From Clostridia bacterium (GTDB taxonomy: Bacteria > Bacillota > Clostridia > Oscillospirales > CAG-272): DNA of 62,180 nucleotides. This document shows, one piece after another, positions 10,260 to 19,782 of this stretch. The notes beneath the pieces are model-generated. The model made no database searches. It was not told the origin of the DNA and worked only from the letters and a program-made list of their open reading frames with translations. A program made the position numbers and the translations under genes. Every line of letters begins with the position of its first letter. Positions within the stretch are counted from its first letter, which is position 1. Location of the stretch: positions 1 through 62,180 of the forward strand of contig JAFUPM010000058.1 in NCBI GenBank assembly GCA_017481225.1. The letters are read 5' to 3'.

Positions 10260-11408
10260 ATGAAAACTCCAGAAACCTCAAAGCTTTTCAAAAGAGTAAC
10301 AGACAAGGTAAGCGGCGTGCCGTATTACGTGCTTGCAGAGCGCAAGACAGCCTACCAGCAGGGCTTCTACTTTGTCAATAATTCTATGTCACACGACGGC
10401 AGATATCTCTGGTTCTACGCCGTGCCTAATCCGGTCTATGACGATATGAACCGATACCTTGGCTACGTGGATTTCCTCGCCGACGAGGTGGTTACCTGCT
10501 ACGACGCGCTTTTCGATGCCGCATCCCCTTACGTTGACCCCGACACGGGAGACGTCTACTACACACGTGGCAAGGGCATCTACAAAAGAGAGCCTAAAAA
10601 GGATGCTCTTGCCGTGCGACTCTGCACGGCAAACATACCCGGCTACGTATTCACTCTCGCCACGCACCTCACTATGACGTCGGACAAAAAGCACCTCTTT
10701 CTCGACGTGCGCCGCGCGGACTTCGGAACTATGCAGGGGCTGGTTGATATTGAAAGCGGCGAGTTTACCGAGTGGACCCGAAGCGAATACAATATGAATC
10801 ACGGTCAGATTAATCCAAAGAATGAGACAATTGCCCTTTGTGCATACGACAGCTACTCTAAGCTTTCCGACTGGGCGAAGGTAAGGATTCCCTACACCGA
10901 CGACGGCATCTACCAAAGGCTCTGGACGGTGAGGGCTGACGGCACTCGCACCTTGCACCCCGCCCGCGACAACTACGCCACCCACGAATGGTGGTCAGCA
11001 GACGGCAAAAAAATATACTACGTCAACGACCTCGGCATACAGCGTCTCAATCTTGAGACAGGGGAGCACGTCTGCATACACGAATGTTATCCCTGGCACG
11101 CCCACACCACAAGCGACGAGAAGTATTACGTTTTCGACGAAAAGGTGCTTGACCGCTACGACGGAAAATGGTATCGCGGCTGTCCTGCGAGAGTTCGCTT
11201 CTATAACCGCGAAACGGATAAGGAAATAACCGTAGTCACCGAGATGCCCGAAAACGAATTCACGCCCACCCATCAGAACAATTACCATATCGATCCTCAC
11301 CCCCGCTTCTCGGAAAACGAAAAATACATTATATTCTCAACCACCGAGCTTGGCGGATGCGACCTGGCGCTTGCCTCGGTTGACGAGCTTGTAGCTCTGA
11401 CAAAGTGA
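10260..11408 (+). CDS. PL22 (Ogl)-like beta-propeller protein, paralog 3
   Basis: The ORF is 382 aa. Its last residues (ASVDELVALTK) are identical to those of paralog 2. It carries YHIDPHPRFSENEKYIIFST. Confidence 0.6.
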   Translation: MKTPETSKLFKRVTDKVSGVPYYVLAERKTAYQQGFYFVNNSMSHDGRYLWFYAVPNPVYDDMNRYLGYVDFLADEVVTCYDALFDAASPYVDPDTGDVYYTRGKGIYKREPKKDALAVRLCTANIPGYVFTLATHLTMTSDKKHLFLDVRRADFGTMQGLVDIESGEFTEWTRSEYNMNHGQINPKNETIALCAYDSYSKLSDWAKVRIPYTDDGIYQRLWTVRADGTRTLHPARDNYATHEWWSADGKKIYYVNDLGIQRLNLETGEHVCIHECYPWHAHTTSDEKYYVFDEKVLDRYDGKWYRGCPARVRFYNRETDKEITVVTEMPENEFTPTHQNNYHIDPHPRFSENEKYIIFSTTELGGCDLALASVDELVALTK

Positions 11409-11485
11409 TTAAAAACGCCAAAAAACGTGACACGTGGTGCCACATGCCCATAAATCAACGTTAAATCAACATTGGTAAGCTAAAT

Positions 11486-12718
11486 ATGAAAAGCAAAAGT
11501 TCATGTGCGAACAGACTGATTTTCCTCTGCTGGCTTGTATACGCAACCTCATATATCGGCAAGCTCAGCTACAGCGCAAACATAAACCGAATAGGCGAGG
11601 CCTTCGACGTAAGCTACAGCGCCGCAGGCATTGTAACCACCTTCTTCTTTTTCGTATACGGAGCGGGTCAGATAGTCAACGGATTTTTATGTAAAAGGTA
11701 CAATATTAAGTACGTAATAGGAATAAGCCTTATTGTGTCGGCTACGATGAATTTGCTCGTCGGAGTCGTCCATAGCTTCAACGTAATTAAATACCTCTGG
11801 CTCATAAACGGCGCGGCAATGTCCTTCCTCTGGACCTCCCTTATTAGGCTGCTCTCCGAGACTCTCGACCGAGAGGATATACCCCGTGCGACAGTTGCTA
11901 TGGGTACAACCGTGGCTATCGGCACCTTCTCGGTGTACGGCATCAGCTCGGCGGTTGCCGCCTCCCTTTCCTACAGAACGGTATTTTTAATAGCGGCAAC
12001 GCTGATTTTTGCCGTTGCTATATTCTGGTTTATAAGCTATAATATTTTTACAAAGCCCCTTTTGGCAAGCAAAGCAGAGCTTACTCTAAAGGATGACGGA
12101 AACACCAAAACAGCCGCAAGCGGCGGCGTCGCGGCTGTGCTGCCCTTCCTTGCGGTTATTGCTATCCTCGCGGTGTCGGACAACCTTATAAAGGACGGTC
12201 TTACCTCCTGGACTCCCGACATTTTAGCCGAAATTTACGACACGCCCCCCTGGCTATCCATACTTTTGACACTTCTCCTCCCTGCCCTTGGAATACTTGG
12301 CTCGGTGGTGGCAGTAAAGCTCGTCGGAGCCTTGGGAGACTACGTTCTCTCCTGCACCGTGCTTTTCGGCACGTCATCACTGCTTATCGGAGTGGTGTTA
12401 GCATTTATTTCAACACCCTATATGGCGGTAACCGTCGCAAGCTTCGCTTTGGTTTCCTGCCTTATGGCAGGTGTTAATAACATTATCACCAGCATGATAC
12501 CACTGGGTATGAGCGACAAGGTAACTCCCGGAAAGCTTGCGGGAATTCTTAACGGCTTCTGCTATCTCGGTAGCACCGTCAGCGCATACGGTCTCGGTGC
12601 TATCGCAGATGCCTTTAGGTGGGTATCGGTATTCTATACCCTCCTTGGAGTCTCGGCGCTCTGCACGGTGCTGGGTATAGGCTATCTCTTGGCAAACAAG
12701 CTCGGAAAACGAGTGTAA
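11486..12718 (+). CDS. MFS transporter
   Basis: The ORF is 410 aa with 12 predicted hydrophobic helices. It lies in the same strand run as the glycan enzymes. Confidence 0.75.
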   Translation: MKSKSSCANRLIFLCWLVYATSYIGKLSYSANINRIGEAFDVSYSAAGIVTTFFFFVYGAGQIVNGFLCKRYNIKYVIGISLIVSATMNLLVGVVHSFNVIKYLWLINGAAMSFLWTSLIRLLSETLDREDIPRATVAMGTTVAIGTFSVYGISSAVAASLSYRTVFLIAATLIFAVAIFWFISYNIFTKPLLASKAELTLKDDGNTKTAASGGVAAVLPFLAVIAILAVSDNLIKDGLTSWTPDILAEIYDTPPWLSILLTLLLPALGILGSVVAVKLVGALGDYVLSCTVLFGTSSLLIGVVLAFISTPYMAVTVASFALVSCLMAGVNNIITSMIPLGMSDKVTPGKLAGILNGFCYLGSTVSAYGLGAIADAFRWVSVFYTLLGVSALCTVLGIGYLLANKLGKRV

Positions 12719-12783
12719 ATATGCGCGAAATACCAAAAAACGAGACACTCCCCCCGCCCAATGACATATCGAAAGGAATTAAT

Positions 12784-13593
12784 ATGAAATTTAAGGTTGA
12801 CCACGATTACCATATACATACCTATCTTTCCTCCTGCTCCCGCAACCCCGAGCAAAACCCCGATTTCCTTATCCGCTACGCAAGAGAGAACGGCATAAAA
12901 ACAATATGCATAACCGACCATTTCTGGGACGATGCCGTAGCAGGTGCCTCGGGGTGGTACGCAGCTCAAAACTTCTCACACATAAGAGAAATTCTCCCCT
13001 TCCCGACGGACCCCGAGGTCAGAATTATGTTCGGCTGCGAGACTGAGCTTCGTCGCGACCTGACTCTTGGTATCTCACCCGACAAATTCGACACCTTCGA
13101 TATGATAGTAATCCCCACCACGCATATGCATATGAACGGCTTTACCGTTTCCGAGGACGGCTCCGAGAGCGCAGAGGAGCGCGCCAAGCTGTGGGTAGAG
13201 AGGCTGGATGCGGTTCTGAATATGGACCTGCCCTTCGGCAAGGTCGGTATCGCCCACCTCGCCTGCTTCTTAATCAACAGAAAAAGCGAAGAGGATTACC
13301 TCGCCACAATAAGAGCCATTCCCGACGGGGAAATGACCCGACTTTTCACCAAGTCGGCAGCCCTCGGTGTCGGAATAGAGCTGAATAACGGCGATTTGAA
13401 GTACGCCCTGAAGCACGAGACTGTAATGAGAATGTTCCATATTGCAAAGAGCTGCGGCTGTAAATTCTATCTCGGCTCTGATGCCCACAACCCGGGTGAA
13501 TTTAACGGCGCTGTCCAGCGCGCCGAGCGTGTAGTCAATATACTCGGCCTCACCGAGGACGATAAGTTTACTCCAGGCTCGGAAAATGTTTGA
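12784..13593 (+). CDS. PHP-domain metal-dependent phosphoesterase-like protein
   Basis: The track ORF starts at 12619 and overlaps the MFS gene. ATG 12784 follows GAAAGGAA. The protein starts MKFKVDHDYHIHTYLSSCS, followed by ICITDHFWD, THMHMNG and GSDAHNP. These His/Asp motifs are typical of the PHP fold. Confidence 0.65.
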   Translation: MKFKVDHDYHIHTYLSSCSRNPEQNPDFLIRYARENGIKTICITDHFWDDAVAGASGWYAAQNFSHIREILPFPTDPEVRIMFGCETELRRDLTLGISPDKFDTFDMIVIPTTHMHMNGFTVSEDGSESAEERAKLWVERLDAVLNMDLPFGKVGIAHLACFLINRKSEEDYLATIRAIPDGEMTRLFTKSAALGVGIELNNGDLKYALKHETVMRMFHIAKSCGCKFYLGSDAHNPGEFNGAVQRAERVVNILGLTEDDKFTPGSENV

Positions 13594-13647
13594 TATCCGT
13601 CACGTCCCTAAACGCAAACAGAGAACAAAAAACACAACCGCGAGGAA

Positions 13648-14616
13648 ATGATGACAAAGCAAAGCAAGACTTCGTCAATGCATATCAAAAGAAAGCTGAT
13701 AATACACCCCGAGGAGCTGACGGGCGCATTCGTTGACAGACTCGTCTCCCTCGGCACTGATACAGTAGGCATACATCCAACCGGCGGAGAGGGTGCCAAG
13801 GACTCGCTCTCGCGGTTAGTCGACCTCTTTGAGAACGCCGAATTCCGAGAAACGCTAGACTATGCAGCAAGGTCGGGACTAAAGATAGAGTACGAGCTAC
13901 ACGCAGGCGGATATCTTATGCCGAGGGAGCTTTTTGACATTCACCCCGAATACTTCAGAATGAACGAAGACGGGGAGCGTGTCGCGGATTTTAATTTCTG
14001 CGTGTCAAATGATGAGGCACTGGAGCTTGTGGCAGATCGAGCTGCTCTTCTGACAGAACGGCTTTACCGCTCCGAGCCAAGGTACCACCTTTGGCTTGAT
14101 GACAAAAAGGATGCCCAATGCCTGTGTGAAAAATGCCGCAAGCTCACGCCGTCCGATAAGCAGCTTATAGTGATGAACAAAGCAGTGAAAAAGATTAGAA
14201 AGAGGCAGCCCACAGCCGCCCTTTCATACTTAGCGTATTTCGAATGCATTAACCCCCCATCGATGATACAGCCTGAGGACGGTATTTTCCTTGAGTATGC
14301 ACCTTTTGAGAAATACACAGCAAAGGGTGAGGGAGCAGATGCACTTATAGAAAACGAGAGAAAAATGCTCGGGAAACTGATAGACTGCTTTGGCAAAGAG
14401 GAGTCAGAGATACTTGAGTACTGGTACGACAATTCCCTTCTCTCAGATTGGAAATATCCACCGAGAAAATTCACTCCCAACGGAGCGAAAATCAGCTCGG
14501 AGATTGCAGAATACGAGGCTTTATCGCCATACTGCATAAGCTCCTTTGCCTGCTTTCTCGGCAAGGATTACGAGGCACTGTACGGCGAGGCCGACTTGTC
14601 GGATTTCGCAAAATAG
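13648..14616 (+). CDS. Hypothetical protein, possibly a DUF4838-type TIM-barrel glycosidase-like fold
   Basis: The ORF is 322 aa with a GAGGAAA RBS. It carries a Cys cluster, QCLCEKCRK. The family call is from memory only and is weak. Confidence 0.4.
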   Translation: MMTKQSKTSSMHIKRKLIIHPEELTGAFVDRLVSLGTDTVGIHPTGGEGAKDSLSRLVDLFENAEFRETLDYAARSGLKIEYELHAGGYLMPRELFDIHPEYFRMNEDGERVADFNFCVSNDEALELVADRAALLTERLYRSEPRYHLWLDDKKDAQCLCEKCRKLTPSDKQLIVMNKAVKKIRKRQPTAALSYLAYFECINPPSMIQPEDGIFLEYAPFEKYTAKGEGADALIENERKMLGKLIDCFGKEESEILEYWYDNSLLSDWKYPPRKFTPNGAKISSEIAEYEALSPYCISSFACFLGKDYEALYGEADLSDFAK

Positions 14617-14687
14617 ATAGGGATAGCATCACAAAACACTTAGATTTCCCACAAAACGCCACACCCGTGTTGAATTAAACAGTTCAA

Positions 14688-14716
14688 AGCCCCTCGGCAC
14701 TAACCGAGGGGCTTGC
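14688..14716. terminator. Bidirectional hairpin terminator between the glycan locus and rhaD
   Basis: A 10-bp GC-rich stem pairs AGCCCCTCGG (14689..14698) with CCGAGGGGCT (14705..14714). It sits in a convergent intergenic region. Confidence 0.6.
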
Positions 14717-14802
14717 TATTATATAAGCGTTTTGATTGTAGGGTGATATCGCATTTGACGCCAAGGTCACAAAAGGACACCTAAGCCGCGACGGACTCAA
14801 TA

Positions 14803-15618
14803 TTAATCAAGGTAATCCTTGTTATAGTTAAGTCCGAATACTGCCGCAAGGTCCTTAAGCTGGCTGTCGGTAATGCCGTTTTTGATGCCTGCGTTCACAG
14901 AGAGCATATAAAGCTGCGCCGCCTTCTCCACAGTCTCGATAAGTCCGAACGCCTCGTCAAGGTCGCGTCCTACGCCGTAGATACCGTGAGCCGCCCAAAC
15001 GCAAAGGCGTTGTTCCTTGAGCTTCTCGGCGGTAGCCTCGCCTATCTCGTTGGTGCCGCAAACCATCCAGGGAAGGACGGCTACGCCCTCGGGGAATACG
15101 ACGATGCTCTCGGTCTGCATCTGCCAGAGGGTTCTGGTGAAGTCCCTCTCGGAAAGAGAGTGAACGAGAGACATAGCGATGGTGTTCGTGGGGTGGGTGT
15201 GCATAACGACTCTGTGACTTGGGTCTATTGCAAGTCTTGTGATGTGGCTGAGAAGGTGAGCGGGAAGCTCGCTTGTAGGTCTGCCTCCGTCGGTGTAGCC
15301 CCAAAGAAGCTCTGCAACCTTGCCGGACTTACCAATCTTGATAATTCCAAGGTTGTAGGCAGGGTCATACTGCACGTTCTTAAAGTACTTACCCGTACCC
15401 GTAACGAGGAATATCTTTCCGATGATACTAGACGCGTCAAAGGTCATAGGAATTTCGCGAATAACCTTACCCGTGTCGAGATATTCGGCCACTACGTCCT
15501 CGTCAAGCAGGACCGAAAGGTTACCTCCGTTGCGCTCGTCCCAGCCGAGTCTGTAAAGGTTTGTAAGCGTTCTTACGGTTTCCACCATAAAGGGGGCTTC
15601 AAGTATGTTTTTCATCAT
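14803..15618 (-). CDS. rhaD: Rhamnulose-1-phosphate aldolase
   Basis: The ORF is 271 aa. GWDERNGGNLS, VTGTGKYFKNVQ, TSELPAHLLSH, VMHTHPTN and ILPWMVCGTNEIG match E. coli RhaD closely. Confidence 0.9.
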   Translation of the reverse strand: MMKNILEAPFMVETVRTLTNLYRLGWDERNGGNLSVLLDEDVVAEYLDTGKVIREIPMTFDASSIIGKIFLVTGTGKYFKNVQYDPAYNLGIIKIGKSGKVAELLWGYTDGGRPTSELPAHLLSHITRLAIDPSHRVVMHTHPTNTIAMSLVHSLSERDFTRTLWQMQTESIVVFPEGVAVLPWMVCGTNEIGEATAEKLKEQRLCVWAAHGIYGVGRDLDEAFGLIETVEKAAQLYMLSVNAGIKNGITDSQLKDLAAVFGLNYNKDYLD

Positions 15619-15676
15619 TTTCTCCGTTCCGCCGTTTGGCTATGTGTTTATTTTTGTTATTTGAATTCTTCGATAA

Positions 15677-16918
15677 TTAAGCTCTCTTTGAAAGGACGTC
15701 CTTCTCGTATGCTCTCATTTCCTCAATCCACATAGAGCCGACGGGCGCGGAGCATCTTCTGCAGTACTCGTCAAAAACAGCACCGAGGGGCATAAGCTTT
15801 AGCTCCTCTGTGAGTGCGAACATACTCGTATAATCAGCACGGTTCTGGTACTCAGCTAAGGTTGCGTGGGGCGTGAGGAGCGCTGCGAGAAGCGCCTTCT
15901 CGAGATTGCGCATACCTATAACCCAGGCGGCAATTCTATTAATCGAGGCATCAAAGTAGTCAAGAGCAATAAAGACGCGGTCAAGGGCATTGCATCTGAC
16001 AATCTCTTTGGCTATCTCCCGTGTCTCGTCGTCAAAGGCTACTACATGGTCGGAGTCCCATCTGACACCGCGCGTTACGTGCAACGCAATCTTATCGTTA
16101 AAGGCAAGGAGCGCAGGAATTTTATCCGACACAACCTCCGTGGGGTGGTAATGTCCGTTATCCATAAGCGGAGTGATGCCCTTCTTCGTCGAGTAGGAGA
16201 GACAGAACTCCGCGGAGCCAACGGTATAGGACTCAACTCCTATGCCGAACACCTTCGACTCAAGAGTAATATAAACCTTGGACTTGTCGTAGGGGATATC
16301 GAGGATTTTATCAAGGGAGTCCTTGAAGCGGAGTCTCGGGCTGTATCTGTCGGCAGGAGTCTCCTTATATCCGTCGGGAATCCATATATTCATAACGCAG
16401 GGCACACCCGTTTCCGTAGCGAAATATTCCGCAATTTTGATACACGCCCTGCCGTGTTTTATCCAATACTCCCTTACCTCGCTGTCGGGTGAGGAGAGAG
16501 TGAGCCCGTCCTTAACCATAGGGTGGCTGAAGAAGGTGGGGTTGAAATCAATACCCATACCGCGAGCCTTTGCAAACTCCACCCACTTTGCAAAATGCCG
16601 AGGCTCAATAGCATCCCGTCCAACAGCCTCGCCGTCAAATATTGCGTAGCAGGCGTGAAGGTTCAGCTTCTTAGCACCGGGTATAAGCGAAAACGCCTTA
16701 TCCATATCAGCCATAAGCTCCTCGGCGCATCTTGCCCGTCCGGGGTAGTTGCCCGTGGTCTGGATACCTCCCGAAAGCTCCTCGTCACTGTCAAAGCCGC
16801 GGACGTCATCGCCCTGCCAGCAATGCATAGAAACGGGAACTCTCATAAGCCTTTCTATTGCCGCGTCGGTATCAATACCGAGCTTTGCGTATTCTTCCTT
16901 TGCAGCCGCGTAATTCAT
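15677..16918 (-). CDS. rhaA: L-rhamnose isomerase
   Basis: The ORF is 413 aa. The N-terminus ...AIERLMRVPVSMHCWQGDDVRGFD and its length fit RhaA. Confidence 0.9.
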   Translation of the reverse strand: MNYAAAKEEYAKLGIDTDAAIERLMRVPVSMHCWQGDDVRGFDSDEELSGGIQTTGNYPGRARCAEELMADMDKAFSLIPGAKKLNLHACYAIFDGEAVGRDAIEPRHFAKWVEFAKARGMGIDFNPTFFSHPMVKDGLTLSSPDSEVREYWIKHGRACIKIAEYFATETGVPCVMNIWIPDGYKETPADRYSPRLRFKDSLDKILDIPYDKSKVYITLESKVFGIGVESYTVGSAEFCLSYSTKKGITPLMDNGHYHPTEVVSDKIPALLAFNDKIALHVTRGVRWDSDHVVAFDDETREIAKEIVRCNALDRVFIALDYFDASINRIAAWVIGMRNLEKALLAALLTPHATLAEYQNRADYTSMFALTEELKLMPLGAVFDEYCRRCSAPVGSMWIEEMRAYEKDVLSKRA

Positions 16919-17101
16919 TTTTTCTCCTTTCGGGGTGATGCCCCGTTCCCGTGGCTGCCGTCAAGCTCGCCACTCGGGTTTCTTGATTAATTTGCGAGGG
17001 AGCTCCCCCCTTGCTTTTTTCGTTGCAAAAGGCTTTTACCAATGCTCCTCAACGTTCTACCGCGCCTTTGCGGTCAGCATTTTTTATAGCTTCGCCGCAC
17101 T

Positions 17102-18424
17102 TTAGCCGTAAACGCCGTGCCTTTTCATCTGTATTTTAAGGTTTCCGATAGCCGTCGCCTCTATGGGGAGGGCGCGGACTCTCTTGCCCGTGTAGCGTTC
17201 GGTAAGCTCGTTGAGATAGCTGTTCTTCGCGCCGCCGCCAACTATGTAAATCTCGGAATAGCCCCTACCCGTGTTAAATTCCAGGTCGCGGATTGCCCTG
17301 TCGTAGCACGCCGCAAGGCTGTTGTACGCCGAGTTGAAGTAGTCGGCGTCGCACGCGGGTGCGGGCTTACCCTCGGCCACAAGATAATCCCTTATAGCCG
17401 CCTTCATACTCTCGGGCGCCATAAAGACGGGGTCGTTTACGTCGAACAGCTCCGTGTAATTTGAGTCTGCCGCCATTTTCGCTATATCTGCATAGGAGGT
17501 CTCGGGACAAAGCTCGCTTCTTAAGCACTGTATCATCCACATACCCGTTATGTTTTTGAGGTAGCGGAAGTAGCCAACGCCTCCCTCGTTGGAGTAGCCC
17601 GAAAGCCTGGAGCGCTCGTCGGTCAGAGCAGACTGAAGCTTAACTCCAAGCAGCGACCAGGTACCCGAGGAAATATAGGGTGCGTCGGTCTCCATATCTA
17701 TCGCCTCAACGGCACTTCCCGTATCGTGAGTTGCGCAGAATACAACCTCAACGTCGCCTCCGACCTCTCGCTTCACCTCGTCTGTAAGCATACCCACCGA
17801 CTCACCGGGCATATAAATCGGAGCTATAAGGCGCTCGGGCAGTCCCAGCCTTGCGAAAATATCGTGGTCAAGCTGCAGGGTGTTTACGTTCACGAGGGAA
17901 GCGGTGCTTGCCTCGGTGAACTCCTTTTTCTTCACTCCCGTAAGCTTATACATCAGATACTCGGGTATCATCAAAAAGTCGGTAGCCTCGTCAAGCCGCC
18001 CTGCAAGCTTATCGGCATAGAGCTGATAGACCGTATTGAAGCTCTGGAATTGCGTTCCCGTTATACGGTAAAGCTCCTCGGGGGGAATAATCCCGTGAAC
18101 AAGCTCTATGGGCTTCTCGGTTCTGGAATCTCGATATGCGTATACGGGGAAAATTTCTTTATCCCCTGCCATAAGCACGTAATCAACACCCCAGGTGTCA
18201 ATAGAGAGGCTCTCGATTTTCGGGTACTTCTCGTGTGCCTTGGCGATACCCGCCTTCACCTCTCGGAGCAGTCTTTCCACGTCCCAGGTAAGGCTCTCGC
18301 CAACGCTGTCCATACCGTTTGGGAAGCGGTACACCTCGTCGGTGATAAGCTCTCCGTCCTTCATATATCCAACGATATGTCTGCCGCTGGACGCGCCGAT
18401 ATCTATTGCCAGATAATATTTCAT
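17102..18424 (-). CDS. rhaB: Rhamnulokinase (FGGY family)
   Basis: The ORF is 440 aa. It begins MKYYLAIDIGASSGRHIVG and has FGGY-type C-terminal motifs (IYIVGGGAKNSYLNELT). Confidence 0.85.
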   Translation of the reverse strand: MKYYLAIDIGASSGRHIVGYMKDGELITDEVYRFPNGMDSVGESLTWDVERLLREVKAGIAKAHEKYPKIESLSIDTWGVDYVLMAGDKEIFPVYAYRDSRTEKPIELVHGIIPPEELYRITGTQFQSFNTVYQLYADKLAGRLDEATDFLMIPEYLMYKLTGVKKKEFTEASTASLVNVNTLQLDHDIFARLGLPERLIAPIYMPGESVGMLTDEVKREVGGDVEVVFCATHDTGSAVEAIDMETDAPYISSGTWSLLGVKLQSALTDERSRLSGYSNEGGVGYFRYLKNITGMWMIQCLRSELCPETSYADIAKMAADSNYTELFDVNDPVFMAPESMKAAIRDYLVAEGKPAPACDADYFNSAYNSLAACYDRAIRDLEFNTGRGYSEIYIVGGGAKNSYLNELTERYTGKRVRALPIEATAIGNLKIQMKRHGVYG

Positions 18425-18599
18425 ACTCTACCCCTTCGCCGCTTGGCGGCACAGAATATTTTACAATACTATATTATCATATATAAAATATAAATACAAG
18501 GCTTAAAATTAGTGTAAAAACTGTCCTAATTTAAGTTTTTTTATTGAAAAACTCTTCTTTGTATGTTAAAATAGAAGCATAAAGCATAAGGAGGCAGCT

Positions 18600-19550
18600 A
18601 TGGACAAGTCCTTAATTGAAAAGCTATTAAAGGTAAACGAGGAGGAATCCTCCTTTCTCCCAAATCTTGCCAAAGACGTTCTGCGTTCCTCGACCATTGC
18701 GGTGCGGCGCGTCAACAAATGGGAAAACGATATAACCCTCCGAGTCCACGCAAGGTACGCCCCCTTCCCCGTCCACGGGCACGACTTCGTGGAGATGATG
18801 ACGGTAGTATCGGGCAGCATCACGCACCGCATAGCGGGCAGGACGGTGAAGCTCTCCGTAGGTGATATCCTGCTTATGAATAAGCACATAACCCACTCCA
18901 TCGACGAGACGGGAGACGAAGATATCGGAATAAACATTATTATATCCGACGAGTTCCTCGGGGCTGTCGCGCCCGACCTTGCGGACACGGTTTTCCACAG
19001 CTTCGTTAAGGAGAACTCAGCCTCCGACGGCGAGGGCGCCTTCCTCCATTTCTCAACCCAAGGCTCAGCGCAGATAGGCAACCTCTTAGAAAACCTTATG
19101 TTAGAGCTGACCGACGAGCATTTCGACCACACGGTTATAACCGAAACGGTATCCCTCCTTTTGCGCTACCTTTCCCTTGGGCGAGAGGTGCTGCTTCGGG
19201 ACGGAATAGACTCCCAGGACAAAGCCACCAGACGCCGCGCGGAGATATCCGCATACGTTCAAAGCAGCTACAGAACGGCAAGACTCACAGAGCTTTCCGA
19301 GAAAATGTATCTGACCCCCGAATATCTCTCGGCGCTTATAAAAGAGCTGTTCGGCGTAAGCTTCAAGGAGCTTGTGCAAAAGGAGAGACTGCGCCGCGCC
19401 GAGGAGCTGATAGAAAAAACCGATATGCCCATATCCACCGTTGCCAGGGCAGTTGGCTACGACAACCAATCCTATTTCCACAAGCTCTGGCGCAAAGGCT
19501 ACGGCGCGACGCCCAAGGCGCACAGAGCCCGCGCGCGGGCTGCGGAATAA
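18600..19550 (+). CDS. AraC-family regulator (RhaR/RhaS-like), divergent from rhaB
   Basis: The ORF is 316 aa with a cupin-like N-terminal half and an AraC HTH at the C-terminus (YLTPEYLSALIKELFGVSFKELV...AVGYDNQSYFHKLWRKGYGATPKAHR). Confidence 0.8.
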   Translation: MDKSLIEKLLKVNEEESSFLPNLAKDVLRSSTIAVRRVNKWENDITLRVHARYAPFPVHGHDFVEMMTVVSGSITHRIAGRTVKLSVGDILLMNKHITHSIDETGDEDIGINIIISDEFLGAVAPDLADTVFHSFVKENSASDGEGAFLHFSTQGSAQIGNLLENLMLELTDEHFDHTVITETVSLLLRYLSLGREVLLRDGIDSQDKATRRRAEISAYVQSSYRTARLTELSEKMYLTPEYLSALIKELFGVSFKELVQKERLRRAEELIEKTDMPISTVARAVGYDNQSYFHKLWRKGYGATPKAHRARARAAE

Positions 19551-19747
19551 TCAGCTCACATTCAAAGACGAAAGCCGTATAGCCGAACCGCAAGCTCAAG
19601 AAGCCCGAGTGAGGACCAACGGATAATTGCCGCCTCGGCTACATTCTGCAAGAAGCCGGCACAGATTACACGCCATCACCAAAAAGGCGCGGCACAAATC
19701 GCCCACACCACAAAAACGCAACACGGGTGCGCCGAAGCGAAAGAAAA

Positions 19748-19782
19748 GAGGCTATCTCATTATGATAGCCCCTTTTATTTTC
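19748..19782 (+). terminator. Rho-independent terminator-like hairpin
   Basis: The stem pairs GGCTATC (19750..19756) with GATAGCC (19764..19770) and is followed by CCTTTTATTTTC. Confidence 0.5.

Noticed and set aside
12619-12783. Upstream start for the PHP-domain ORF (track start 12619)
   Set aside because: That start would overlap the MFS gene by 100 nt and add a non-homologous low-complexity N-terminus. ATG 12784 has a GAAAGGAA RBS and begins directly with the PHP HxH motif region.
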